NCBI GenBank assembly: GCA_032718475.1
Contig: JAUCBJ010006039.1
Location: 1 to 64,000, forward strand
Direction: 5' to 3'
Source of the DNA: Nemertoderma westbladi
Lineage: Eukaryota; Animalia; Xenacoelomorpha
DNA length: 64,000 bases
The notes under the pieces are model-generated. The model saw only the letters and a program-made list of their open reading frames with translations. It was not told where the DNA came from and did not search any database. Shown here piece by piece: positions 51,659 through 64,000 of the stretch; position 1 is the stretch's first letter, and each line of letters starts with the position of its first letter. The position numbers and the translations under genes were made by a program.

Positions 51659-54600
51659 GGGTAGGTGTAAAACGCGGATCCGGATCCGGATCCGGATTCA
51701 GGATCCGGATACGGATCAGGACCCGGATTTGCGAGTGTAAAAGGCGGATCCGGATTTACATACAATCCGTAACTGAGTGTAATATGCGGATTCTGAAATA
51801 CGCAATCCGTATTGCAGTGTAAAACGCGGATTCATATATTTTATGAATCCGGAATGGAGTGTAAAATACGGATTTACGTTAATTACCAAGTTTTAATGGA
51901 TCCGGAATGGAGTGTAAAACACGGATTTTCGTTAATTACCAAGTTTTGTTGGATCCGGAATGGAGTGTAAAACACGGATTTTCGTTAATTACCAAGTTTT
52001 GTTGGATCCGGAATGGAGTGTAAAACACGGATTTCGTTAATAACCAAATTTTGTTGGATCCGGAATGGAGTGTAAAACACGGATTTCGTTAATTACCAAG
52101 TTTTGTTGGATCCGGAATGGAGTGTAAAACACGGATTTTCGTTAATTACCAAGTTTTGTTGGATCCGGAATGGAGTGTAAAACACGGATTTTCGTTAATT
52201 ACCAAGTTTTGTTGGATCCGGAATGGAGTGTAAAACACGGATTTTCGTTAATTACCAAGTTTTATTGGATCCGGAATGGAGTGTAAAACACGGATTTTCG
52301 TTAATTACCAAGTTTTGTTGGATCCGGAATGGAGTGTAAAACACGGATTTTCGTTAATTACCAAGTTTTGTTGGATCCGGAATGGAGTGTAAAACACGGA
52401 TTTTCGTTAATTACCAAGTTTTAATGGATCCGGAAAGGGGTGTAAAACGCGGATTCAATTTATTTACCAAGTGTTACTAGATCCGGGAAGGGGTGTAAAA
52501 CGCGGATTGATTCAGGTTAATTACAAAGTGTTACTGGATCCGGGAAGGGGTGTAAAACGCGGATTGATTCAGGTTAATTACAAAGTGTTACTGGATCCGG
52601 GAAGGGGTGTAAAATGCGGATTTACGTTAATTACTGAGTTTGTTAATGAGGGACACAACTATTAATGAGGTACACACATTAATGAGGGACACAAACATTA
52701 ATGGGGGACACCTTAATAGTTAATAGACACCTTAATAATTTGTCTATGTCTAGGGGCCACACATAAGCTTAATCCGGCTCTGGGGGACACCTTAATAGGG
52801 GTCAATGCTTCCCAATGAATTATTAATAAGGGCGATGGTGATGCTTGGCCGTCAGACATTATTAGATATTGATTAGCTGAAAAACTATACTACCGTGGGA
52901 ACGTGACCTCTCTGGTAGAGCAGCTCTGTAGACAATTGTATGGTAGGATTACTGTCCTGTTCCCTGATTGGCTTATCCATCCCAACCTCCCTTACAAACA
53001 AGAATCACTGTTCTGCCTAGCTGGCGGTAGTTTGTACTGCATCATAGCGTACTCTATTTAAGGCCTTGCAAGCTTGCTGCCTTCCTAATTTATGGAGGCT
53101 GAACTGTTCAGTATAATTTCTTATTTAATTTCTTATTAAACATGGATGACAGTGATGACTTTGTAAAGGTTCCATTTACGGGATTCGTTATTCCGAGTCC
53201 AACCAATGATACAGCCATTGTTGAGCCGCTTGAACTCACTACCCAAACATCGTGCACCCCGAGTCCGGAGAAGAAAAAAACCAGGAAAGTCAGCAAGCCA
53301 AGAAAAGTTACTAAAGAACAATAAACATTGCACTAATTAATAATTGTAACTAGATGAGGGTCTGGGTCTTTATTGCATATGCGTTTTATAAATTGTTCAT
53401 TAAAACTTACTAATTAACTTGAATCCGCGTTTTACACCCCTTCCCGGATCCAATAAAACTTGGTAATTAACATAAATCCGTGTTTTACACTCCGTTCCGG
53501 ATCCAATAAAACTTGGTAATTAACGTAAATCCGTGTTTTACACTCCATTCCGGATCCAATAAAACTTGGTAATTAACGTAAATCCGTGTTTTACACTCCA
53601 TTCCGGATCCAATAAAACTTGGTAATTAACGTAAATCCGTGTTTTACACTCCATTCCGGATCCAATAAAACTTGGTAATTAACGTAAATCCGTGTTTTAC
53701 ACTCCATTCCGGATCCAATAAAACTTGGTAATTAACGTAAATCCGTGTTTTACACTCCATTCCGGATCCAATAAAACTTGATAATTAACGTAAATCCGTG
53801 TTTTACACTCCATTCCGGATCCAATAAAACTTGGTAATTAACGTAAATCCGTGTTTTACACTCCATTCCGGATCCAATAAAACTTGGTAATTAACGTAAA
53901 TCCGTGTTTTACACTCCATTCCGGATCCAATAAAACTTGGTAATTAACGTAAATCCGTGTTTTACACTCCATTCCGGATCCAATAAAACTTGGTAATTAA
54001 CGTAAATCCGTGTTTTACACTCCATTCCGGATCCAATAAAACTTGGTAATTAACGAAATCCGTGTTTTACACTCCATTCCGGATCCAATAAAACTTGGTA
54101 ATTAACGTAAATCCGTGTTTTACACTCCATTCCGGATCCAATAAAACTTGGTAATTAACGTAAATCCGTGTTTTACACTCCATTCCGGATCCAATAAAAC
54201 TTGGTAATTAACGTAAATCCGTGTTTTACACTCCATTCCGGATCCAATAAAACTTAGTAATTAACGTAAATCCGTGTTTTACACTCCATTCCGGATCCAA
54301 TAAAACTTGATAATTAACGTAAATCCGTGTTTTACACTCCATTCCGGATCCAATAAAACTTAGTAATTAACGTAAATCCGCGTTTTACACCCCTTCCCGG
54401 ATCCAATAAAACTTGGTAATTAACTAGAATCCGCGTTTTACACCCCTTCCCGGATCCAATAAAACATGGTAATTAACTTGAATCCGCGTTTTACACCCCT
54501 TCCCGGATTTAATAAAACTTTGTAATAAACCTGAATCCGTATTTTACACCCAATCCCGGATTCAGTAGAAAAATGAATCCGCGTTTTACACTCCGTTCAG

Positions 54601-54817
54601 GATTTAGCCTAAAACATGAATCCGCGCTTTACACTCCGTTCCGGATCTGAAAAAAAGGCCAATCCGCATTTTACACTCGGTTACGGATTCGGTAAATTTA
54701 GCAGTGCACGGATCCGCAGATTACACCCTAAAAATGTAAATTCAGTCGACTTCCATAGGGACAATGTTAAATGATAGAATCCGGATCCTGATCCGGATCC
54801 GCGTTTTACTCTGACCC
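51659..54817. mobile_element. Foldback/MULE-type element with long modular TIRs (3159 bp)
   Basis: Ends GGGTAGGTGTAAAACGCGGATCCGG and (reverse complement) GGGTCAGAGTAAAACGCGGATCCGG; 9-bp TSD TCATATAAG at 51650-51658 and 54818-54826. The arms are made of 53-bp tandem units in opposite orientation. No transposase. Confidence 0.9.
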
Positions 54818-57800
54818 TCATATAAGTAGAGGGGCAGTCTGAATTTGGGATGGAACTGCATTGTATTGGTAGAAATATAACCAATCATATAAGTAGAGGG
54901 GCAGTCTGAATTTGGGATAGAACTGCATTGTATTGGTAGAAATATAACCAATCATATAAGTAGAGGGGCAGTCTGAATTTGGGATGGAACTGCATTGTAT
55001 TGGTTGAAATATAACCAATCATATAAGTAGAGGAGCAGTCTGAATTTGGGATAGAACTGCATTGTATTGGTTGAAATATAACCAATCATATAAGTAGAGG
55101 AGCAGTCTGAATTTGGGATGGAACTGCATTGTATTGGTTGAAATATAACCAATCATATAAGTAGAGGAGCAGTCTGAATTTGGGATGGAACTGCATTGTA
55201 TTGGTTGAAATATAACCAATCATATAAGTAGAGGAGCAGTCTGAATTTGGGATGGAACTGCATTGTATTGGTTGAAATATAACCAATCATATAAGTAGAG
55301 GAGCAGTCTGAATTTGGGATAGAACTGCATTGTATTGGTTGAAATATAACCAATCATATAAGTAGAGGAGCAGTCTGAATTTGGGATGGAACTGCATTGT
55401 ATTGGTTGAAATATAACCAATCATATAAGTAGAGGAGCAGTCTGAATTTGGGATAGAACTGCATTGTATTGGTTGAAATATAACCAATCATATAAGTAGA
55501 GGGGCAGTCTGAATTTGGGATGGAACTGCATTGTATTGGTAGAAATATAACCAATCATATAAGTAGAGGGGCAGTCTGAATTTGGGATGGAACTGCATTG
55601 TATTGGTTGAAATATAACCAATCATATAAGTAGAGGAGCAGTCTGAATTTGGGATGGAACTGCATTGTATTGGTTGAAATATAACCAATCATATAAGTAG
55701 AGGGGCAGTCTGAATTTGGGATGGAACTGCATTGTATTGGTAGAAATATAACCAATCATATAAGTAGAGGAGCAGTCTGAATTTGGGATGGAACTGCATT
55801 GTATTGGTTGAAATATAACCAATCATATAAGTAGAGGAGCAGTCTGAATTTGGGATGGAACTGCATTGTATTGGTTGAAATATAACCAATCATATAAGTA
55901 GAGGGGCAGTCTGAATTTGGGATGGAACTGCATTGTATTGGTAGAAATATAACCAATCATATAAGTAGAGGAGCAGTCTGAATTTGGGATGGAACTGCAT
56001 TGTATTGGTAGAAATATAACCAATCATATAAGTAGAGGAGCAGTCTGAATTTGGGATGGAACTGCATTGTATTGGTTGAAATATAACCAATCATATAAGT
56101 AGAGGGGCAGTCTGAATTTGGGATGGAACTGCATTGTATTGGTAGAAATATAACCAATCATATAAGTAGAGGAGCAGTCTGAATTTGGGATAGAACTGCA
56201 TTGTATTGGTTGAAATATAACCAATCATATAAGTAGAGGGGCAGTCTGAATTTGGGATGGAACTGCATTGTATTGGTTGAAATATAACCAATCATATAAG
56301 TAGAGGAGCAGTCTGAATTTGGGATGGAACTGCATTGTATTGGTTGAAATATAACCAATCATATAAGTAGAGGAGCAGTCTGAATTTGGGATGGAACTGC
56401 ATTGTATTGGTTGAAATATAACCAATCATATAAGTAGAGGAGCAGTCTGAATTTGGGATGGAACTGCATTGTATTGGTTGAAATATAACCAATCATATAA
56501 GTAGAGGAGCAGTCTGAATTTGGGATGGAACTGCATTGTATTGGTTGAAATATAACCAATCATATAAGTAGAGGAGCAGTCTGAATTTGGGATAGAACTG
56601 CATTGTATTGGTTGAAATATAACCAATCATATAAGTAGAGGAGCAGTCTGAATTTGGGATGGAACTGCATTGTATTGGTTGAAATATAACCAATCATATA
56701 AGTAGAGGAGCAGTCTGAATTTGGGATGGAACTGCATTGTATTGGTTGAAATATAACCAATCATATAAGTAGAGGAGCAGTCTGAATTTGGGATGGAACT
56801 GCATTGTATTGGTTGAAATATAACCAATCATATAAGTAGAGGAGCAGTCTGAATTTGGGATGGAACTGCATTGTATTGGTTGAAATATAACCAATCATAT
56901 AAGTAGAGGAGCAGTCTGAATTTGGGATGGAACTGCATTGTATTGGTTGAAATATAACCAATCATATAAGTAGAGGAGCAGTCTGAATTTGGGATGGAAC
57001 TGCATTGTATTGGTTGAAATATAACCAATCATATAAGTAGAGGAGCAGTCTGAATTTGGGATGGAACTGCATTGTATTGGTTGAAATATAACCAATCATA
57101 TAAGTAGAGGAGCAGTCTGAATTTGGGATAGAACTGCATTGTATTGGTTGAAATATAACCAATCATATAAGTAGAGGAGCAGTCTGAATTTGGGATAGAA
57201 CTGCATTGTATTGGTTGAAATATAACCAATCATATAAGTAGAGGAGCAGTCTGAATTTGGGATGGAACTGCATTGTATTGGTTGAAATATAACCAATCAT
57301 ATAAGTAGAGGAGCAGTCTGAATTTGGGATGGAACTGCATTGTATTGGTTGAAATATAACCAATCATATAAGTAGAGGAGCAGTCTGAATTTGGGATGGA
57401 ACTGCATTGTATTGGTTGAAATATAACCAATCATATAAGTAGAGGGGCAGTCTGAATTTGGGATAGAACTGCATTGTATTGGTTGAAATATAACCAATCA
57501 TATAAGTAGAGGAGCAGTCTGAATTTGGGATGGAACTGCATTGTATTGGTTGAAATATAACCAATCATATAAGTAGAGGAGCAGTCTGAATTTGGGATGG
57601 AACTGCATTGTATTGGTAGAAATATAACCAATCATATAAGTAGAGGAGCAGTCTGAATTTGGGATGGAACTGCATTGTATTGGTTGAAATATAACCAATC
57701 ATATAAGTAGAGGGGCAGTCTGAATTTGGGATGGAACTGCATTGTATTGGTAGAAATATAACCAATCATATAAGTAGAGGAGCGGTCTGAATTTGGGATG

Positions 57801-60800
57801 GAACTGCATTGTATTGGTTGAAATATAACCAATCATATAAGTAGAGGGGCAGTCTGAATTTGGGATGGAACTGCATTGTATTGGTAGAAATATAACCAAT
57901 CATATAAGTAGAGGAGCAGTCTGAATTTGGGATGGAACTGCATTGTATTGGTTGAAATATAACCAATCATATAAGTAGAGGGGCAGTCTGAATTTGGGAT
58001 AGAACTGCATTGTATTGGTTGAAATATAACCAATCATATAAGTAGAGGAGCAGTCTGAATTTGGGATGGAACTGCATTGTATTGGTAGAAATATAACCAA
58101 TCATATAAGTAGAGGGGCAGTCTGAATTTGGGATGGAACTGCATTGTATTGGTAGAAATATAACCAATCATATAAGTAGAGGGGCAGTCTGAATTTGGGA
58201 TAGAACTGCATTGTATTGGTTGAAATATAACCAATCATATAAGTAGAGGAGCAGTCTGAATTTGGGATGGAACTGCATTGTATTGGTTGAAATATAACCA
58301 ATCATATAAGTAGAGGAGCAGTCTGAATTTGGGATAGAACTGCATTGTATTGGTTGAAATATAACCAATCATATAAGTAGAGGAGCAGTCTGAATTTGGG
58401 ATGGAACTGCATTGTATTGGTTGAAATATAACCAATCATATAAGTAGAGGAGCAGTCTGAATTTGGGATGGAACTGCATTGTATTGGTTGAAATATAACC
58501 AATCATATAAGTAGAGGAGCGGTCTGAATTTGGGATGGAACTGCATTGTATTGGTTGAAATATAACCAATCATATAAGTAGAGGAGCAGTCTGAATTTGG
58601 GATGGAACTGCATTGTATTGGTTGAAATATAACCAATCATATAAGTAGAGGAGCAGTCTGAATTTGGGATGGAACTGCATTGTATTGGTTGAAATATAAC
58701 CAATCATATAAGTAGAGGAGCAGTCTGAATTTGGGATGGAACTGCATTGTATTGGTTGAAATATAACCAATCATATAAGTAGAGGAGCAGTCTGAATTTG
58801 GGATGGAACTGCATTGTATTGGTTGAAATATAACCAATCATATAAGTAGAGGAGCAGTCTGAATTTGGGATGGAACTGCATTGTATTGGTTGAAATATAA
58901 CCAATCATATAAGTAGAGGAGCAGTCTGAATTTGGGATGGAACTGCATTGTATTGGTTGAAATATAACCAATCATATAAGTAGAGGAGCAGTCTGAATTT
59001 GGGATGGAACTGCATTGTATTGGTTGAAATATAACCAATCATATAAGTAGAGGAGCAGTCTGAATTTGGGATGGAACTGCATTGTATTGGTTGAAATATA
59101 ACCAATCATATAAGTAGAGGGGCAGTCTGAATTTGGGATGGAACTGCATTGTATTGGTTGAAATATAACCAATCATATAAGTAGAGGGGCAGTCTGAATT
59201 TGGGATAGAACTGCATTGTATTGGTTGAAATATAACCAATCATATAAGTAGAGGAGCGGTCTGAATTTGGGATAGAACTGCATTGTATTGGTAGAAATAT
59301 AACCAATCATATAAGTAGAGGGGCAGTCTGAATTTGGGATGGAACTGCATTGTATTGGTTGAAATATAACCAATCATATAAGTAGAGGAGCAGTCTGAAT
59401 TTGGGATGGAACTGCATTGTATTGGTTGAAATATAACCAATCATATAAGTAGAGGAGCAGTCTGAATTTGGGATGGAACTGCATTGTATTGGTTGAAATA
59501 TAACCAATCATATAAGTAGAGGGGCAGTCTGAATTTGGGATGGAACTGCATTGTATTGGTTGAAATATAACCAATCATATAAGTAGAGGGGCAGTCTGAA
59601 TTTGGGATGGAACTGCATTGTATTGGTTGAAATATAACCAATCATATAAGTAGAGGAGCAGTCTGAATTTGGGATGGAACTGCATTGTATTGGTTGAAAT
59701 ATAACCAATCATATAAGTAGAGGGGCAGTCTGAATTTGGGATGGAACTGCATTGTATTGGTTGAAATATAACCAATCATATAAGTAGAGGGGCAGTCTGA
59801 ATTTGGGATGGAACTGCATTGTATTGGTTGAAATATAACCAATCATATAAGTAGAGGAGCGGTCTGAATTTGGGATGGAACTGCATTGTATTGGTTGAAA
59901 TATAACCAATCATATAAGTAGAGGAGCAGTCTGAATTTGGGATGGAACTGCATTGTATTGGTTGAAATATAACCAATCATATAAGTAGAGGAGCAGTCTG
60001 AATTTGGGATGGAACTGCATTGTATTGGTTGAAATATAACCAATCATATAAGTAGAGGAGCAGTCTGAATTTGGGATAGAACTGCATTGTATTGGTTGAA
60101 ATATAACCAATCATATAAGTAGAGGAGCAGTCTGAATTTGGGATGGAACTGCATTGTATTGGTTGAAATATAACCAATCATATAAGTAGAGGGGCAGTCT
60201 GAATTTGGGATGGAACTGCATTGTATTGGTAGAAATATAACCAATCATATAAGTAGAGGGGCAGTCTGAATTTGGGATGGAACTGCATTGTATTGGTAGA
60301 AATATAACCAATCATATAAGTAGAGGGGCAGTCTGAATTTGGGATGGAACTGCATTGTATTGGTTGAAATATAACCAATCATATAAGTAGAGGAGCAGTC
60401 TGAATTTGGGATAGAACTGCATTGTATTGGTTGAAATATAACCAATCATATAAGTAGAGGGGCAGTCTGAATTTGGGATGGAACTGCATTGTATTGGTTG
60501 AAATATAACCAATCATATAAGTAGAGGGGCAGTCTGAATTTGGGATAGAACTGCATTGTATTGGTTGAAATATAACCAATCATATAAGTAGAGGGGCAGT
60601 CTGAATTTGGGATGGAACTGCATTGTATTGGTTGAAATATAACCAATCATATAAGTAGAGGGGCAGTCTGAATTTGGGATGGAACTGCATTGTATTGGTT
60701 GAAATATAACCAATCATATAAGTAGAGGGGCAGTCTGAATTTGGGATGGAACTGCATTGTATTGGTTGAAATATAACCAATCATATAAGTAGAGGGGCAG

Positions 60801-63800
60801 TCTGAATTTGGGATAGAACTGCATTGTATTGGTTGAAATATAACCAATCATATAAGTAGAGGAGCGGTCTGAATTTGGGATAGAACTGCATTGTATTGGT
60901 TGAAATATAACCAATCATATAAGTAGAGGAGCAGTCTGAATTTGGGATGGAACTGCATTGTATTGGTTGAAATATAACCAATCATATAAGTAGAGGAGCA
61001 GTCTGAATTTGGGATGGAACTGCATTGTATTGGTTGAAATATAACCAATCATATAAGTAGAGGAGCAGTCTGAATTTGGGATAGAACTGCATTGTATTGG
61101 TTGAAATATAACCAATCATATAAGTAGAGGAGCAGTCTTAATTTGGGATGGAACTGCATTGTATTGGTAGAAATATAACCAATCATATAAGTAGAGGGGC
61201 AGTCTGAATTTGGGATAGAACTGCATTGTATTGGTTGAAATATAACCAATCATATAAGTAGAGGAGCAGTCTTAATTTGGGATGGAACTGCATTGTATTG
61301 GTAGAAATATAACCAATCATATAAGTAGAGGGGCAGTCTGAATTTGGGATAGAACTGCATTGTATTGGTTGAAATATAACCAATCATATAAGTAGAGGAG
61401 CGGTCTGAATTTGGGATGGAACTGCATTGTATTGGTTGAAATATAACCAATCATATAAGTAGAGGAGCAGTCTGAATTTGGGATGGAACTGCATTGTATT
61501 GGTTGAAATATAACCAATCATATAAGTAGAGGGGCAGTCTGAATTTGGGATGGAACTGCATTGTATTGGTTGAAATATAACCAATCATATAAGTAGAGGG
61601 GCAGTCTGAATTTGGGATGGAACTGCATTGTATTGGTAGAAATATAACCAATCATATAAGTAGAGGGGCAGTCTGAATTTGGGATGGAACTGCATTGTAT
61701 TGGTTGAAATATAACCAATCATATAAGTAGAGGAGCAGTCTGAATTTGGGATGGACCTGCATTGTATTGGTTGAAATATAACCAATCATATAAGTAGAGG
61801 AGCAGTCTGAATTTGGGATGGAACTGCATTGTATTGGTTGAAATATAACCAATCATATAAGTAGAGGAGCAGTCTGAATTTGGGATAGAACTGCATTGTA
61901 TTGGTTGAAATATAACCAATCATATAAGTAGAGGAGCAGTCTGAATTTGGGATGGAACTGCATTGTATTGGTTGAAATATAACCAATCATATAAGTAGAG
62001 GAGCAGTCTGAATTTGGGATAGAACTGCATTGTATTGGTTGAAATATAACCAATCATATAAGTAGAGGAGCAGTCTGAATTTGGGATGGAACTGCATTGT
62101 ATTGGTTGAAATATAACCAATCATATAAGTAGAGGAGCAGTCTGAATTTGGGATAGAACTGCATTGTATTGGTTGAAATATAACCAATCATATAAGTAGA
62201 GGAGCAGTCTTAATTTGGGATGGAACTGCATTGTATTGGTAGAAATATAACCAATCATATAAGTAGAGGGGCAGTCTGAATTTGGGATAGAACTGCATTG
62301 TATTGGTTGAAATATAACCAATCATATAAGTAGAGGGGCAGTCTGAATTTGGGATAGAACTGCATTGTATTGGTTGAAATATAACCAATCATATAAGTAG
62401 AGGAGCAGTCTTAATTTGGGATGGAACTGCATTGTATTGGTAGAAATATAACCAATCATATAAGTAGAGGGGCAGTCTGAATTTGGGATAGAACTGCATT
62501 GTATTGGTTGAAATATAACCAATCATATAAGTAGAGGAGCGGTCTGAATTTGGGATGGAACTGCATTGTATTGGTTGAAATATAACCAATCATATAAGTA
62601 GAGGAGCAGTCTGAATTTGGGATGGAACTGCATTGTATTGGTTGAAATATAACCAATCATATAAGTAGAGGGGCAGTCTGAATTTGGGATGGAACTGCAT
62701 TGTATTGGTTGAAATATAACCAATCATATAAGTAGAGGGGCAGTCTGAATTTGGGATGGAACTGCATTGTATTGGTAGAAATATAACCAATCATATAAGT
62801 AGAGGGGCAGTCTGAATTTGGGATGGAACTGCATTGTATTGGTTGAAATATAACCAATCATATAAGTAGAGGAGCAGTCTGAATTTGGGATGGACCTGCA
62901 TTGTATTGGTTGAAATATAACCAATCATATAAGTAGAGGAGCAGTCTGAATTTGGGATGGAACTGCATTGTATTGGTTGAAATATAACCAATCATATAAG
63001 TAGAGGAGCAGTCTGAATTTGGGATGGAACTGCATTGTATTGGTTGAAATATAACCAATCATATAAGTAGAGGAGCAGTCTGAATTTGGGATGGAACTGC
63101 ATTGTATTGGTTGAAATATAACCAATCATATAAGTAGAGGGGCAGTCTGAATTTGGGATGGAACTGCATTGTATTGGTAGAAATATAACCAATCATATAA
63201 GTAGAGGGGCAGTCTGAATTTGGGATGGAACTGCATTGTATTGGTAGAAATATAACCAATCATATAAGTAGAGCGGCAGTCTGAATTTGGGATAGAACTG
63301 CATTGTATTGGTTGAAATATAACCAATCATATAAGTAGAGGAGCAGTCTGAATTTGGGATGGAACTGCATTGTATTGGTTGAAATATAACCAATCATATA
63401 AGTAGAGCGGCAGTCTGAATTTGGGATAGAACTGCATTGTATTGGTTGAAATATAACCAATCATATAAGTAGAGGGGCAGTCTGAATTTGGGATAGAACT
63501 GCATTGTATTGGTTGAAATATAACCAATCATATAAGTAGAGGGGCAGTCTGAATTTGGGATAGAACTGCATTGTATTGGTTGAAATATAACCAATCATAT
63601 AAGTAGAGGAGCAGTCTGAATTTGGGATGGAACTGCATTGTATTGGTTGAAATATAACCAATCATATAAGTAGAGGAGCAGTCTGAATTTGGGATGGAAC
63701 TGCATTGTATTGGTTGAAATATAACCAATCATATAAGTAGAGGGGCAGTCTGAATTTGGGATAGAACTGCATTGTATTGGTTGAAATATAACCAATCATA

Positions 63801-64000
63801 TAAGTAGAGGAGCGGTCTGAATTTGGGATGGAACTGCATTGTATTGGTTGAAATATAACCAATCATATAAGTAGAGGGGCAGTCTGAATTTGGGATGGAA
63901 CTGCATTGTATTGGTTGAAATATAACCAATCATATAAGTAGAGGAGCAGTCTGAATTTGGGATGGAACTGCATTGTATTGGTTGAAATATAACCAATCAT

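Larger units (their letters stand above)
49462..64000. repeat. 67-bp satellite (more than 150 copies, continues past the window end), interrupted by two transposons
   Basis: Unit CATATAAGTAGAGG(A/G)GCAGTCTGAATTTGGGAT(G/A)GAACTGCATTGTATTGGT(T/A)GAAATATAACCAAT. Confidence 0.97.

Noticed and set aside
50243-63996. About 150 near-identical 66-aa minus-strand ORFs
   Set aside because: Artefact of the 67-bp unit read through three frames (201 bp).
4071-64000. CRISPR-like arrays
   Set aside because: The repeats are head-to-tail with no unique spacers, there are no cas genes, and the context is eukaryotic.

Overview
Repeat-dominated eukaryotic (probably invertebrate animal) genomic DNA; there are no prokaryotic operons or CRISPR arrays. 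From left to right: (1) a frameshifted Polinton/Maverick (adintovirus-type) major capsid gene remnant, 1-761, minus strand. (2) An old, decayed LINE RT interrupted by a 5'-truncated RTE-type LINE (9-bp TSD), then by a 42-bp and a 39-bp tandem array that appear to have grown out of its own coding sequence. (3) An 11.7-kb BEL/Pao LTR element inserted in the 39-bp array, with near-identical 1216-bp LTRs and a GGGGC TSD. It keeps an open gag-protease ORF but lacks RT and integrase, and its leader carries two copies of a ~260-nt G-U-rich, structure-conserving RNA hairpin. (4) A Penelope-type hammerhead remnant. (5) The first four coding exons of an ITM2/BRI2-family (BRICHOS) gene, whose introns are filled with MULE, hAT, Kolobok and SINE insertions and with 40-, 47-, 21- and 67-bp tandem arrays. 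All calls were made by eye; no database searches, alignments or folding programs were run.
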